Source: Felis catus (lineage: Eukaryota). Taken from it: a stretch of 64,000 bases of DNA. The notes beneath the pieces are model-generated. The model had not been told where the DNA came from. It did no database searches and saw only the letters and a program-made list of their open reading frames with translations. The stretch is from positions 195,984,001-196,048,000 of the forward strand of contig NC_058368.1 in the NCBI RefSeq assembly GCF_018350175.1, written 5' to 3'. Shown here piece by piece: positions 48,386 to 60,895 of this stretch (within the stretch, counting starts at the first letter, position 1; each line of letters begins with the position of its first letter). Both the position numbers and the translations under genes were made by a program.

Positions 48386-50528
48386 TCAGACATTTTCTCC
48401 TCTACTCAAGGAGGCAGTCTTAGTTGGATGCTAGCCTGTCTTCCTGTCGCATTTGCTAAACTCATTTGTTCGTTTTTATCAGAGAGAGCAAGTCTCAGGC
48501 TAGCTAGAATTGAACGACATTGTTTTTGTTTTATTTCATACGGTTGCTCTGCATGGCAAGTGCTAGAAGTCTTCCATTTACAGTAGCAATATACAGTTCC
48601 TTTTCAAAGAAACGTATTCAAGTTTTAAAAAGGAGTCAATTTAAAGAAAAACGTCCTATGAGTAAAATCACAGGCTAAACACAGATATGACACAAAACCA
48701 AGGTAGAACCCAGGGGACTATCTGAGAAGGTGCTTCCCCCCCTTCCCCACCTGTGAGCTCCTAGGACACACAGGCGCCCTGACTTGACTCCTTCTTGACT
48801 TGGTCCCCCTGGCCCCTGGCCCCTGGCCCCGAGAATTATCCAGCCTCCAGGGCAGGCCCTCGGGAGATGTGGGAGCTCAGTGGAGGGGGCATGTGTTGCA
48901 ATTCTGAGGGAGAGGTTTTAGCCTGTCCTCCATCACTGAGGTCCCCTGAGCCCCTTTATATAAAACAGCCTCCCCAGCCTGGGCTCAACTTCAGAGAGGC
49001 CGTTTCGGCGGAGGCAGCCGCCAGGGACTTCTCAATGTGTTTCCAAGTCAAATCCAAAGCTTTTCAGCTTTGCCAGAAAACCAACCCCCCTTTCCCACCC
49101 TGGCTGCCTCCGGAGTCAGGGCTACAGGGCCATGTCCTCCCAGACAGTTCTCCCCTGTCTCCTCTTGAGCCTCCTGGTCCAGACCTCATCAGTGCCCCCA
49201 CCCTAAGCCTGGCACCCTGTTTCCATCCGTCCTCACACCCTCCTTGGAATCTGAGGTGGGGATTTAGGGGAGGAGCAGAGAGGGATCTCATTCCCTGGAG
49301 GCAGTGATGGCCCCAGCCCCTCCTTGGAGCCTGACTAGACAGGGGTGGGGTCTTGGATTAGCAGGGTTACTCCACACCAGCCCCCTCTGCTTAGAAACCC
49401 CTTTCCCACTCCTTGGTTGTCACCATCATCAACAACAACCATGGTAGGAGTATTCTTTTTGAGTCTCCGTATCAGGCACTATGCTAAGTCCTTTCAGGAA
49501 TCTTCTCAGTTCCCTTCACAAGGACTCCCTGAGGTTGGAATTGTCATCATCTTGTTTTACCTAAGAAAAAGTTGAAGCTCAGAGGTGTTAAGTAACTTGA
49601 CCAAGGTCACACAGCTCAAAGGGACAGATCCCAGGATCTGAACCCCAACAAGGTGACACAGATACCACACTGCCCCTCCGGCCTCAGTTACGGGGTGTCG
49701 GCACCAGGAGGGTTCTAGGAAATAAGAGGGGGGTCGGGGGGTGGTGGGGGGATGGGGGACTGAGAGACCAACAAGCAAAGGCTGCCGGGTTCTGCTCGAT
49801 CACAGTAGAAATCCCCTTCATGGCCTCCCCCCCATGTCTGGACACCATCTGAGAGGGAGCACTTCACCAATTTGTTGTGTGGCCTGGGGTGGCCCCTTGG
49901 CCTCTCTGGGCCCCTGAATCCCCTTCTGGGCTCTGTCACAGGGGCCTTGGTCTCTCCACCCACTCCACCCCCACCCCACCCCAGGAGCCTGGGGTCCCAG
50001 CAGGAGTGGAGCTGGGGGAGCACATGAGGTAGGGAAGGCCTGGGGACCATCGCAGCTTGACTCCCCTCTTGATCCTCAGCAAAGATGCTTCTCCCCGAGG
50101 CGGAGGCAGGATCGGCCCAGACATCAAAGGGCCTGCACGGCTGGCGCTTTGATGGGAGTCTTGTAAAGTAATAGGAAACATGAGGATGACACTGTGCCCC
50201 GGCCCAAAGCACAAGACTTGGAGAAATGAAAAGAAGAAACTCTTGGCAGCCTTCTGCACGGGTTTTGGCTGAACTCGGGCCCCTCACAGCTGCCGACAGC
50301 CTGTCCTCTCCCCACTAGGCTGCTTGCGGCCGCCGTGGGGGATGCGGGTCCTGTGCAGGGCTGTGGGCCTGGGAACGTCTCCCCACGGCAAAGGAACACA
50401 TCCAGTGGGGCCCCTTCCTCCCAAGTTCCTCGAGGCACTGCAGGGAGCCACCGAGCCCAGCCCGGAGCTCACAGGGGCTCCAAGGGAATGCACACTTGAA
50501 GATCCTTTAAGATCTTAAAGGCCCCCCT

Positions 50529-50748
50529 GGGACACCTGGGTGGCTTAGTCTGTTGAGCGTCTGCTCAGGTCGTGATCTCACGGTTCATGAGTTCGAGCCC
50601 CGCATTGGGCTCCGTGCTGACGGCTCTGAGCCTGGAACCTGCTTCGGATTCGGTGTCTCCCTCTCTCTCTGCCCCTCCCCTGCTCACACTCTGTCTCTCT
50701 CTCTCTTTCTCTCTCAAAAACAAATACACATTAAAAAAAATTTTTTTT
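50529..50748 (+). mobile_element. SINEC_Fc-type SINE with a small internal deletion
   Basis: Head GGGACACCTGGGTGGC, B-box GAGTTCGAGCCCC, (CT)n and A tail; imperfect TSD TAAA(C)GGCCCCC. Confidence 0.9.
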
Positions 50749-50819
50749 AAACGGCCCCCTCGACCTTGAGACCTTGTGGCTCATAATCAGATCCCTTGCT
50801 CATTCTGCCCCCTACCTCA

Positions 50820-51390
50820 GAAACCACTGACCGGATGCTGGAAGCCTGTCATCCCCCTGATCAAAACTTGCAGGGGGCAGTTTGGTGATGTCTGCTGAGT
50901 GCCAAGTGCTTGTACCCTTAGGCCCAGTGATACCACTGCTAGGAACCTATCCAGTGGGTACCAGTCCATGTGCCCACAAGTGGATATGCACAAGAATATA
51001 TTCATCCCAGGATGGTTTGTGGAACCAAAAACCTCAACAAAATTGTCCCTAGTAGGGACTGGGGAACGAAGGGCAGAGTGGTCACACAGTGGAGCAGCAC
51101 ACGGCAGTAAAATCCATGCGAGGAAATGACCCGAATGGGTACGTCGCAGCAGAATGGTGTGTGTGATATGCTTCCGCTGTGTCAAAAGGAGGGATGGATA
51201 CATTGAATAAATATAGCCTGGAATATTGCTTCAAAGATACAAAAGGCCCCGCAGTTGGGGTCACTTCTGGGGGAGGGGAAGGGAAACTTAGATTTTACTG
51301 AGCATTTGGTGGTACTCTTTCCTTTTTTTTTTTTTTTTTTTTTACAATGAGCGTGCAACATGAATTTTTTAGTGTCAAAAAAAAAAAAAA
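50820..51390 (+). mobile_element. Degenerate L1ME-like 3' fragment
   Basis: Diverged L1 ORF2-end/3'UTR-like motifs (ctaggaacctatcc, gtggatatgcacaagaatatttcat). Confidence 0.55.
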
Positions 51391-51577
51391 ATGTGAAAGC
51401 CTTAACAACAGCCAAAAAAGTTTCTCTACTTTCTAGAGGATAAAGTCCAAAGGCTTCAGCCTGGCTTTATGGCCCCAGGAGTCGCTGTGACTGCCACCCT
51501 GGCCTCCTCTTCTGTCCTTTGCCCCCTTCCTGCACCCCACCCCATACCTCTGCCACCGGGTCTATCTCTTGTTTCTG

Positions 51578-51578
<1 letters not shown>

Positions 51579-51615
<37 letters not shown>
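51579..51615. repeat. (CA)n microsatellite
   Basis: Perfect CA run. Confidence 0.97.
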
Positions 51616-51616
<1 letters not shown>

Positions 51617-52640
51617 AGAATCCCTTTCTCTTCTGACTGCACAGCCCTGTGTCTGGGGCCTGAGAGTACACTCAATGCCTGCTTTCTTCCGGGGCAGAAA
51701 GCCCCCTTCCTAGACAACACGTACAATCCCTTTTCCTCAAGGTTGGGACCGACAGCCCAAGGCTGACTCTGGTGGGGGTTTCTCCCCAACTAAACACACC
51801 TCTCCTCAGCTTCGGGGGCTGGGCTTACAGGGGTCCAGGTCGGTGAAGAACTTCCACACAAGGCATGTGGAGCCAGAAACTCACCGAGGGGCCCCACGGC
51901 CCCCTCCCTGAGAGTGCAAAAGCACGCACTGAGATACAGCTGATGGTCAGGCCAGCTCAAAGGGACATGGAGGCTGGTCTTGCCCCTCCAGATCTGGAGC
52001 CTCAAGTGCCCTCTGCCCCAGGGGCCTGGCATCCACTCCGAGAGCTCCACTGGGCTTTCGGAAAGGTGTGGGGGGAGGGTATCTGTACCCAGGTCTGGCC
52101 AAGCCCAGGGAGGCTGGTCTTCCCAAGAATGCAAAGAAAACCCTAGATTTTGTAACCTTTTCTTCTAAAGAGGAAACAGAGAGGCCCATTGACTTGTCCC
52201 AGGTCACACAGAGACTGCGGAAGCGACAGGACTGGAACCTGGGATTTTGACCCCTTTCCCAGAGGCTCTTTTGCACAATGGTCAGAAAACAGGGACTTGG
52301 GGTCACCTAACTGGTGATCTTGGGCAAATCTACTTCACTTTTCTGAATCTGTCTGCTCATCTCTTATCATAGGGAGTTGAGTTCTGTAATTTCTCCTTCT
52401 AATTTTGATGCTGAGCCGTTTTACTCCAAGTGTATAATGCAGTTTTTAAAAGTATCAGACTTTAGCAACCTGGAGTTTCATGATTATTAATATTCTTAGA
52501 GTCTAACATTCCAAACTTCTGCCCACCTATGCTTTCGTTCATGTATCTGTCCCTCTACCCATCCATTCATCGACTCACCATCCAGCAGCCATTCATTAAC
52601 ATGTCCTTCCACACATTCACCCTTCTGCTCACCTATCCAT

Positions 52641-52642
<2 letters not shown>

Positions 52643-52676
<34 letters not shown>
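52643..52676. repeat. (CA)n microsatellite
   Basis: Perfect CA run. Confidence 0.97.
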
Positions 52677-52678
<2 letters not shown>

Positions 52679-53233
52679 GCCCACTTACCCATTTGTTCAA
52701 CAAATAGCTCTTGTGTTTTTACTATATGCCAGAGCCTGTGGACATTCTGGTGACCATGAATCACTCACCTCCTGCCCTCTCAGAGCTTACAGCTAGAAGG
52801 GGCACAATATCAATCAAAGAATCCCACAAATGAGAACATAATTACAAACTCTGCTAGGAAAAGCCCCAGTTCTAGAAGTGCTATTCCAAAGGAGTTTGAC
52901 CACACCTCCGGTGTGTGGTGGGGGCCAGAGGGCAGATATACCAGGTCAGCTTCCCCAAGGAGAGGCCACTTGAGCCGAGACCCAAAGGAGGAGGAGTCGG
53001 TTAACCAGAAATCACGGTGGGAAGTGAAGGGTTGTGGGTTAGAAGGTTCCTGACTTAATCACCCACTGGCTCTATCATAGTGCACTGGGTTCTAACTCCT
53101 ATGGTTTGGGGATCTGACTGAGCACATCACAGCGCTGGGCTCAGCTGCCCTGCCCACCCTAGAGAGAAACGAATGGCGGAAGTAGCGTTCCCCTTCTCCC
53201 TTCTCCACTTTCCAGCCTCTGCCCAGGACTCAC

Positions 53234-53400
53234 CTCTGCCAGCCTGGCACGCTGGCCTGCAGCTGACCCGGACACCGGGAAGCCTGATGCCAGTGGGTCC
53301 CAAAGAGCTTCGGAGCCTGGTTCCTGCACCTGACCTGGCAGTGTCCCTCTCCAAGGGGTGGCACAGTCACTAGGGGCCTCTTGGCTCCTCCTTCCATGGC
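53234..53400 (-). other. Candidate far-upstream SYNPO first exon
   Basis: Consensus donor GAG|GTGAGT at 53234/53233, strong-Kozak gccATGg at 53397, and adjacent HNF1-like and HNF4/DR1-like motifs. No transcript evidence is available. Confidence 0.35.
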
Positions 53401-53677
53401 ACCTGGTTAATGACACCAGGGAGAACTTTGCCCAGCTCAGGGCTTCCTGTGGTTTCTCTGGGGCCAACGCCGCACAGTCCCCAGGAGCACTCCACACCAA
53501 GGTCGAGGGCCAGGCTCATCTATTAGTTCCTCCTTCAAGAAAGGATCTGAGGTCAAGAGCTTGCTGGACTCCCCTCAGATTGATCTGTCTGTCCCCTTGT
53601 GAGCTAGGGCTCACGGGTACCTTGACTTCAAGCTGGGCCTACTTCCCAGGATGCTCCCCTCTCTCCTCCCATCCTTT

Positions 53678-53853
53678 GATTTATTTTTTTATTGTTTATT
53701 TTTATGTTTTACTTTACATCCAAGTTAGTTGGCATGTAGTGGGGAAAAAAGATTTCAGGGGTAGATTCCAGTGATTCATCGCCTGTGTATAACACCCAGT
53801 GCTCATCCCAACAAGTGTCTTCCTCAGTGCCCCTTGCCCATTTAGCCACCCCC
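53678..53853 (-). mobile_element. Heavily 5'-truncated felid/carnivore L1 3' end (~176 bp)
   Basis: TTTACATCCAAGTTAGTT...TATAACACCCAGTGCTCATCCCAACAAGTG resembles the carnivore L1 3'UTR; poly-T tail; 15-bp TSD CTCCTCCCATCCTTT at 53663-53677 and 53854-53868. Confidence 0.85.
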
Positions 53854-55834
53854 CTCCTCCCATCCTTTTAAAAGCCTGCTCAAATCCCAGCTTGCCAAAG
53901 CCTTCACGTGTCGGGTGCCACGGCCCCTTCATCACCCAAGGCAGTGCAGACTCATGAGAGAGTTTGAGCTTTGGAGAATCATGCCTGGGTTTGAGTTCTG
54001 ACCAGCTGTGAGTCTTGGTTCTCTTGCCTGTTAAAAGGGGGAAAGATGGTATTGATAATACCCGCCTTATTGGGCTATCAGGAGGAGTAAATAAGAGAAG
54101 GCATATAAAATGCCTGGTGCCATTGTTGCTACAGTTAGGGTTCAGACTGCTCTGAGCTCCTGCCACGTATACAGAGCACAGCACCATTAGTCCTTCCGGT
54201 GGGCTTGTCTCCCCAAGAAAAGCCGTGGCCTTGGCGTGGGAGACGTGGCTGTTAAGTCTGACTCTGCCGCCCACTCCTCGTGTGACCTTGAGCAAGCCCG
54301 TCCTCTGGGCCTCGTACGACCGACCGGCTGAGCCGTCGTCAGTCCCTGGAGGATGGAACCCGGGCTGCTCTCCCTGCTATAGTCCAGTGTTGACCTCGGG
54401 GCCAGGCACAGGTAAGTCCTCAAGGCTGGCTTGAGAGGGCAAGGAAGGAGATCGAAGGGAGATGAAGCCGGGGCGGGGGAGGAGGGTAAAGGGAGGAAGG
54501 GAGGGTGCCGCTGCCCTTGTAGTTCAGAAACGCAGGTCCGGGGGAAGCTCTGGTTCTACGTGAGAAGCCAAGAAGGTGGTTTACAGACTGGGTTTACTGT
54601 GTCTCCAGCTGCCGGAGTCTGGACAAGCCTGGTCTGTTCGACTGTGTACCAAGGGCTGGGTGAGACTTGGAGGCACTCATGCGGCAAGCGCTCCCTCGGC
54701 CAGGCCACCGGCAGCCTGGGCGGGAAGGCAGCCTGCAGGGAGCTGGGGTGGGTCAGGGTGCATCCAGTGGCAGGGAGGGGGGCTGCCACTGTGTGCCGAG
54801 GGCGGGGCTCCTCCACTCCCCACCTCTGTGACCTTAGGCAGGTGACCTACTCCCCCTCCTCTGTGCGGTGGAGCTAATGATCGTGCCCGCTACTGGGGGC
54901 ATTAAATGATGCGCTGGAAGTGTCCACCACATAGGAAATGCTCAATGAATGTGTTATCAAAATCACTGTTATCCTGTTGTTACAAGGGTGTATCTGAGTG
55001 TGAGGCAGAGGAGCGTAGGCTTCAGTTTGCGTGCATGTGTTTGTGAAAGGGAAGAGAATGCTGGAATGTTGTCCCGAGTAGCTGATGTGTGGGTTTGCGT
55101 GTGAAGTTGGATGAGAGTGCATACACGTGAACATCATGAAAGCTGCCGGTTCCATGCAGTTCACGGGATTCTTGGGTTCCAGGAACCCTTGAGAGGTCAC
55201 CTCTAAGTCCATTCCCCTCCCCCCCGACACTTCTCCAAGAGTCACCCCTCAGGCTGCATTGTCACACCTCCTTCTCCCCGGGGACCAAGGAGGCGGGTCC
55301 TCTAAGACCCCAGCCACAGCTGTCTGGCGGTAAGCAGACCCATCACTGCACAGCACTGTGCCTGTGGTAAGTGCTCAGGAGTGACGTCCTGCCTTTGTGC
55401 CTGCCACAGTCCCTACATGAAGTCACGGAAGTCCCTGCCGGCCAGGTGGGATTACAGAAGAGGGTGCTGTCATCCACGGACCATATGCACTGGAGAGAAC
55501 TGTGATATGGGGTTCTCCCAGTTCGCAGGTGGGCAAAGTGAGGACCAGACAGGACTTAGCCAAGTTCTCCTCAGTTCCAGTCCAGGATGTCCCCACTCCT
55601 TGGTGTCCTTTAGAGAACATTAGGGAAAGATGTGTCCCTGGGCCGGCAGTGACAGCCAAGTGTCCCCGCAGGTACCACCGCCTTCCTCCAAAGGTGGGGC
55701 CAGGCCAGGGTGGACGTGGAAGGCAGCCTCCAGCATGAAACACATGAGCTGAGTTGGGGGAACGAGGGCTCACGCGTGCAAATTAAATGGGGCCAGGCTT
55801 TCAGAAGGTCAGTTTGATCGTATGTCCCTCAAAG

Positions 55835-56550
55835 CCCCCACAGGACACATTCTTCAACCAACTGAGTTTACTTCTTGGAATTCATCCTAAGGAAATAAAC
55901 TACATGCGAACAAAGGTGTAGGTACAGACAGACTCGGTGCGACACTGTCCATTTGAGAGAAATTCTGGAAATTTCCCCAAAGCCAACGACATGAGGCAGC
56001 TGCATAATGAAAAGGCAGCCGCAAGGTCGATGTGGATCCACATTTCTGAACGTGGGCAGATGTTCACAGCGTGCTGCTGAGTGGAGGAAGGCAGGTTGCA
56101 GAGCTAGACGTGTGTGATGAGCCCATTTATTGAAAAATATGCATACATAAATATTTATATCCACAGACACAGAATATAAATAAAAGAAGAACTTGCACCG
56201 TGTTAGCAGTTAATAATCATACATGGTGAATCTTGGGGGGAATGTTTAGTTCTCTTTTATTGTTGCTCCTTATGTATTTTTTTCCTGTTTTAATTATTAT
56301 GTATTTAATTTTTTTTAACGTGTATTTATTTTTGAGACAGGGAGAGACAGAGCATGAACAGGGGAGGGGCAGAGAGAGAGGGAGACACAGAATCCCAAGT
56401 AGGCTCCAGGCTCGGAGCTGTCAGCACAGAGCCCGACGCGGGGCTTGAACTCACGGACCGTGAGATCATGACCTGAGCCGAAGTCGGCCGCTCAACAGAC
56501 CAAGCCACCCAGGCGCCCCAATTATTATGTATTTAAAACCAAAATCATTA
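55835..56550 (+). mobile_element. Degenerate L1M 3' fragment, interrupted by a SINEC
   Basis: ttacttcttggaattcatcctaaggaaataa motif typical of old L1M 3' regions. Confidence 0.55.
56309..56519 (-). mobile_element. SINEC_Fc inserted in an old L1 3' fragment
   Basis: 17-bp TSD AATTATTATGTATTTAA at 56292-56308 and 56520-56536. Confidence 0.94.
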
Positions 56551-57634
56551 GAAGGCCAGAGACGATGGTGTGCCCTTTGCTACAATCATGGTTCTTGAGG
56601 GGAGCACGTGAGGCAATAAACCCTGGATGGATCTTAGCGCCTGCTGATGGAACACCACCTTCCTACCCAGAATCTGCCTTCAGACCCACTCCTCAAACCA
56701 CAAATTCAGGGGCCTCACCCGGATCTCCCCACCCTGTGGAGGGTCCAGGCCCAGGTCACACCTCTGCCTGTGGCTCTGGCCAGAATATCCCAAGAGCCTT
56801 GAGCAGGTGGGACATTTTCCTCTTTGGAGCTTAAAGCTCTATTTTGGCAGCTGCGTGCCTCACCCAGCAGGACAGGGTGGGTGAGGACCACCATCCCCAA
56901 TTCTGAACAGGGTCAAGGCCCAGGGAGACGCGGCCACTGGCCAAAGGTCAACAGCAGAACCAAAGCCACCTGAGCCCAGCTGCTGAGGAAAAGGAGGCAG
57001 AGGCTCAACATCTGGGCGGCTGCCCCCTGGCCCACTGCCGGTCTTCCCTGCCCCCATCCCAGCTCCGCAAAGGCCAGGAACATCTGGCTGCTGGCCTCAT
57101 TCCAGGAGGGGTGAGTGGCGGCTGAGGGGCCTCCTTCCGCCAGGCCCTGCTGCTGTGGTGCAAGGCACATCAATCAAGGCTGCAGGGCTGGCTGGTGCTA
57201 GGAGGGAAGCCGATTCCTTCCCCACCCCCTCCCCAGACATTCCTGCGTAATGGAATCTCCTTTCCTGTCTATTTATTACCAACCCACAGAGCTCCGCCAA
57301 GCTCAGTCTGCAGATTCAAACCCCACCGGCCCTGACTTTTCCTGGGGGAAGGGGTTCCCCAGGGGCTACCTGGGAGGAGCACCAGACCCTAACCCTCACT
57401 GGTATGTCCCACCCTGTTCTTCCCGCCCTGCCCGTGCATTTGCTCAAGGGACCAGATCTGAGCTAAGCAATTCACACATTTTATGTGTCCTGACCGGGGA
57501 GACGAGCACTTTCTCACCATCTTCATGTTAACAAATGAAAAAACTCAGGCTCAGAGAAGTTAACTCACTTGCTCAGAATGACACAGCAAGTCAGAGTCTG
57601 CCTGATCTCCAAACCCAAGCTCATTCCTTGCTTT

Positions 57635-58480
57635 TCTTGCTGAAAATACTGTTCTTTCTCCATTGAATGGTCTTGGCAGCCTTGTTGAAAATCGGTTGAC
57701 CACAGAGATGTGGATTTAATTCTGGACTCTCAGTTCTATTCCATTGATCTAAATGGCTAGCCCTACGCTGGTACCATATTGTCTTGCTTAGTGCTGCTCT
57801 GCAGTGAGTTTTGAAATTGGGAAATGTGAATCCTCCTACTTTATTCTCCTTTTTCAGGATCATTCTGGCTATTCTGGATCCCTTGAAATTCCATATGAAC
57901 TCTGGAATTAGCTTATCCGTTTGTGCAAAGAAGTCAGCTGGGGTTTTGACGGAGATCGCATGGACTCTGTAGATCAGTTTGGAGAGTATTGCCATCTTAG
58001 TAATATTAGTGGAATCTTCCAATTTATGAGTATCTGATATTTTTCCATTTATTTAGAGCTTCTTCAGTCTCTTCCAACAACGTTTTCTACTTTTCAGAGA
58101 CAACTTTTGCACTTAATTTTGATAAATTTATTTGCATGCATTTTGTTCTTTTTGAAACGACTGTGAAAGAATTGTTTTCTTAATTTCAGTTTTGGATTGC
58201 TCGTCGCAAATGTACCGAAGCACAACAGAGTCTGGCATATTGCTCTTGTAAACTGCAACCTTGATGAACTCATTTATTAGGTCTAATAGTTCGTTAATGA
58301 GTTCCTTAGGGTTTTCCATGTACAGGATCATGTCACCTGTAAATAAAGATTAGTTTTACTTCCCTCTGTCCAATCCAGATCTCTTTTCAATTTTTTTTTC
58401 CCTCTTGCTTTGTAATTCTGACTACAATCTCCATTACAGTGTTGAGGGAAGAAGCCAGAGCAGACACCCTTGTCTTGGCC
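57635..58480 (-). mobile_element. Old L1 (L1M) ORF2 fragment, RT C-terminal region, frameshifted
   Basis: ORF-track peptides MILYMENPKE...LINEFIKVAVYK and KMAILSKLIYRVHAISVKTPADFF...IWYQRR..LDQWNRTESPE...IFNKAAKTIQWRKNSIF are characteristic of L1 ORF2p. Confidence 0.93.
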
Positions 58481-58584
58481 CTTCTCTTCTTCCTGTCCTA
58501 CATCTCGCCCCTTCCTTTCCCCTGCTTCCTTTTCTTCACCTGCTAACCCAAACCGTGGGTGAGGGTAGGGGCTATCAGGAGAGA

Positions 58585-58586
<2 letters not shown>

Positions 58587-58623
<37 letters not shown>
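58587..58623. repeat. (CA)n microsatellite
   Basis: Perfect CA run. Confidence 0.97.
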
Positions 58624-58624
<1 letters not shown>

Positions 58625-59443
58625 GGTAAGTGGCAAGAATCCCACGAGAAAGAAGGAAATCAACATATTGGACAACTGAAAGCTCAAGGAGGAAATACAT
58701 CAGGAACCCCACTATGTAACAGAGGGAATTGAAGCTCAGAAAAGAGATGAAACAACTAACATTTATTATATACCTACTATGTTCCAGATACCCAGGGTAC
58801 ACAGGGGAATCAGACAATGAAGGCTCAAAGCTGGAGTTCAACCTGAGATCAAAATTCAAGGAGACACACACTTATCTTACAACGAGGAAAAACATAAAAG
58901 GACCTGTTTACTGTCACAGGAAAACCTCTTTCAGTTTCTAGAAAGTAGCAGGGCTAAGAGCTGTCACAAGAGCAGCGGGATAAAGACTCTGATTCCGGTT
59001 GGGCCCCTGCTCCTTTGCTACGTCGATAGGATCTTGGGTGCACAATGAGCATCCCCGTGACTTAGTTTACCCTTCTGTAGAATGGGGAGAATTCGGGTAG
59101 CTACTTCAGAGGGCTGTTGTGAGGATTACAGTAGTTAATATGTGAAGTGTTTAGTAGAGGCATGTAATGAAGCTATGTGGTTGCTCTTCTGTGTGTTTGA
59201 CACCCACAGACACCAGCCTAGTTGTGTGGGAAGCTGGTGGGGGGTGGGTGGGTGATGAGGCTGCCCATGCTGGGGTCTTGCGAATGGACTTGTCCTTGGT
59301 GCTTGGATCCCTTTGAGTCATGGAAGAAACTGACATGACTTCTGTTCCATGGTGTTTGTCAAGGGCTTACTATGTCCAGGCCCACTGCTGGGGACTTCTC
59401 AAAGATGACAATAATGGTTATTATTCTTATTGTAGCTTACTAT

Positions 59444-60244
59444 ATGTGTCAATCAGGGCTCAGCCAGAGAACCACAATCAGTAGGAGGAACACACTAAAA
59501 GATTTATTGCAAGCAATTGGCTTATACAATGGAAGGGGCTGGTTAGCAAGTTGGAAATCTGTATGGGATGGCTAACTTTATGTCAATTTATCTGGGCCCT
59601 GGAGTGCCTAGATACCTGGCCAAACATTATTCTGGGAACTTCCCTGAGGATGTTTTTGAATGAGATTAACATTTGTATCCGTAGACTGAGTAAAGCAGAT
59701 TCCCCTCCCTAATGCAGGTGGGTCTCATCTAAGCAGTTGAAGGGCTTGAAGAACAAAAAGGCAGACTGTCCTAGATGTAAGGGAGAATTCTTTCTGCCTG
59801 AATGCCTTTGAGCTGAGACATTGGCTTCTTCCTGCCATTGGACTTGAACTGAAACATTAGCTGTCCTGGACCTCAGGCCTTGGAACTACACCATCAGCTT
59901 GCCACCACACCACATATATACATAATCAATAGAATGTGTGTATACATACACACAAATACATTCCCTTGGTTCTGTTTTTCTGGAGAACCCTACCTCATAC
60001 AGCTGTCAGGCCCAAGTGGAATCTCTTCTTCAGGGACACATAGGCTCTGCTCTGAAGGTCTTCTGCCTGATTCAGTTAAGGCCCATCCAGATTATCTAGG
60101 ATAATCTCCCTCACCAAACGTCAACCGGTTATGGACTACAGTTACACCTATAAGATACCTTCCCAGCAACAGCTAGGTTCGTGCCTGACTGGATAGCTGG
60201 GCACGGTAGCCTGGCCAAGCTGGCATACTAAATGGACCAACACA
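59444..60244 (-). mobile_element. Older MLT2 (MLT2F-like) LTR split by the MLT2 above
   Basis: 59444-59563 (TCAGGGCTCAGCCAGAGAACC...GATTTATTGCAAGCAATTGGCTTAT) and 60002-60244 (GGCCCATCCAGATTATCTAGGATAATCTCCC...GCCAAGCTGGCATACTAAATGGACCAACACA) read as two halves of one reverse-oriented MLT2. Confidence 0.7.
59564..60001 (+). mobile_element. ERVL MLT2 (MLT2B/D-like) solo LTR
   Basis: TG...CA termini, with TGGGATGGCTAACTTTATGTCAATT at the start and TGGTTCTGTTTTTCTGGAGAACCCTACCTCATACA at the end; internal GAGATTAACATTTG...GACTGAGTAAAGCAGATT. Confidence 0.85.
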
Positions 60245-60684
60245 GCATGGGCCAAATGGGACGCCAAGCCCATGGCCACATGTCAGCTAATTGGTTTCCC
60301 TAACAGTCCCATGAGGAAGATTTTTTTTTTAACTTTTTTTCTAGAAGAAAGTGACTGGCCCGAGGTCACAGCGTGGCGAGGGACGAGCTGACGTTTGAAC
60401 CCAGGTTGCCCCCCCCCCCACATGCTGTTCACCAACCCCAGGTCCTGCATCCCTACCCGATCCTCCTCAGCCCTCACACAGCCAGCCCCCTGTGGTAGAT
60501 TCTCCCCTCTGCTTTAGAAGCAGGTGGAGGCTCACAGAGGGCCGGTGGGCGTCCTGGTCGCTCAGCCAGGAAGTGGAGAGCTGTTTCACATCCGCTCAGA
60601 TTCCCCTCCTCGCAACAGCCATCTTCTCGCCTCCCCTTACCTCAGCTGTCCGCCCCCAAAGGAAACCGCGGACCCTCTTCTCCT

Positions 60685-60895
60685 TTTTAATTGTATTGAT
60701 TTATTTTTTATGTTTACTTATTTTTGAGAGAGACAGAGCGCGAGCGGGGGAGGGGCAGAGAGAGAGGGAGACACAGAATCGGAAGCAGGCTCCGGGCTCT
60801 GAGCGGTCAGCACAGAGCCCGACGCGGGGCTCGAACTCACGGACCGCGAGATCATGAAGTCGGACGCTTACCCGACTGAGCCACCCGGGAGCCCC
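60685..60895 (-). mobile_element. SINEC_Fc-type SINE, CpG-rich, with ~10-bp internal deletion
   Basis: Typical reverse-complement body; GATCATGAAGTCGG where the other copies in this window read GATCATGACCTGAGCCGAAGTCGG. Confidence 0.9.
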
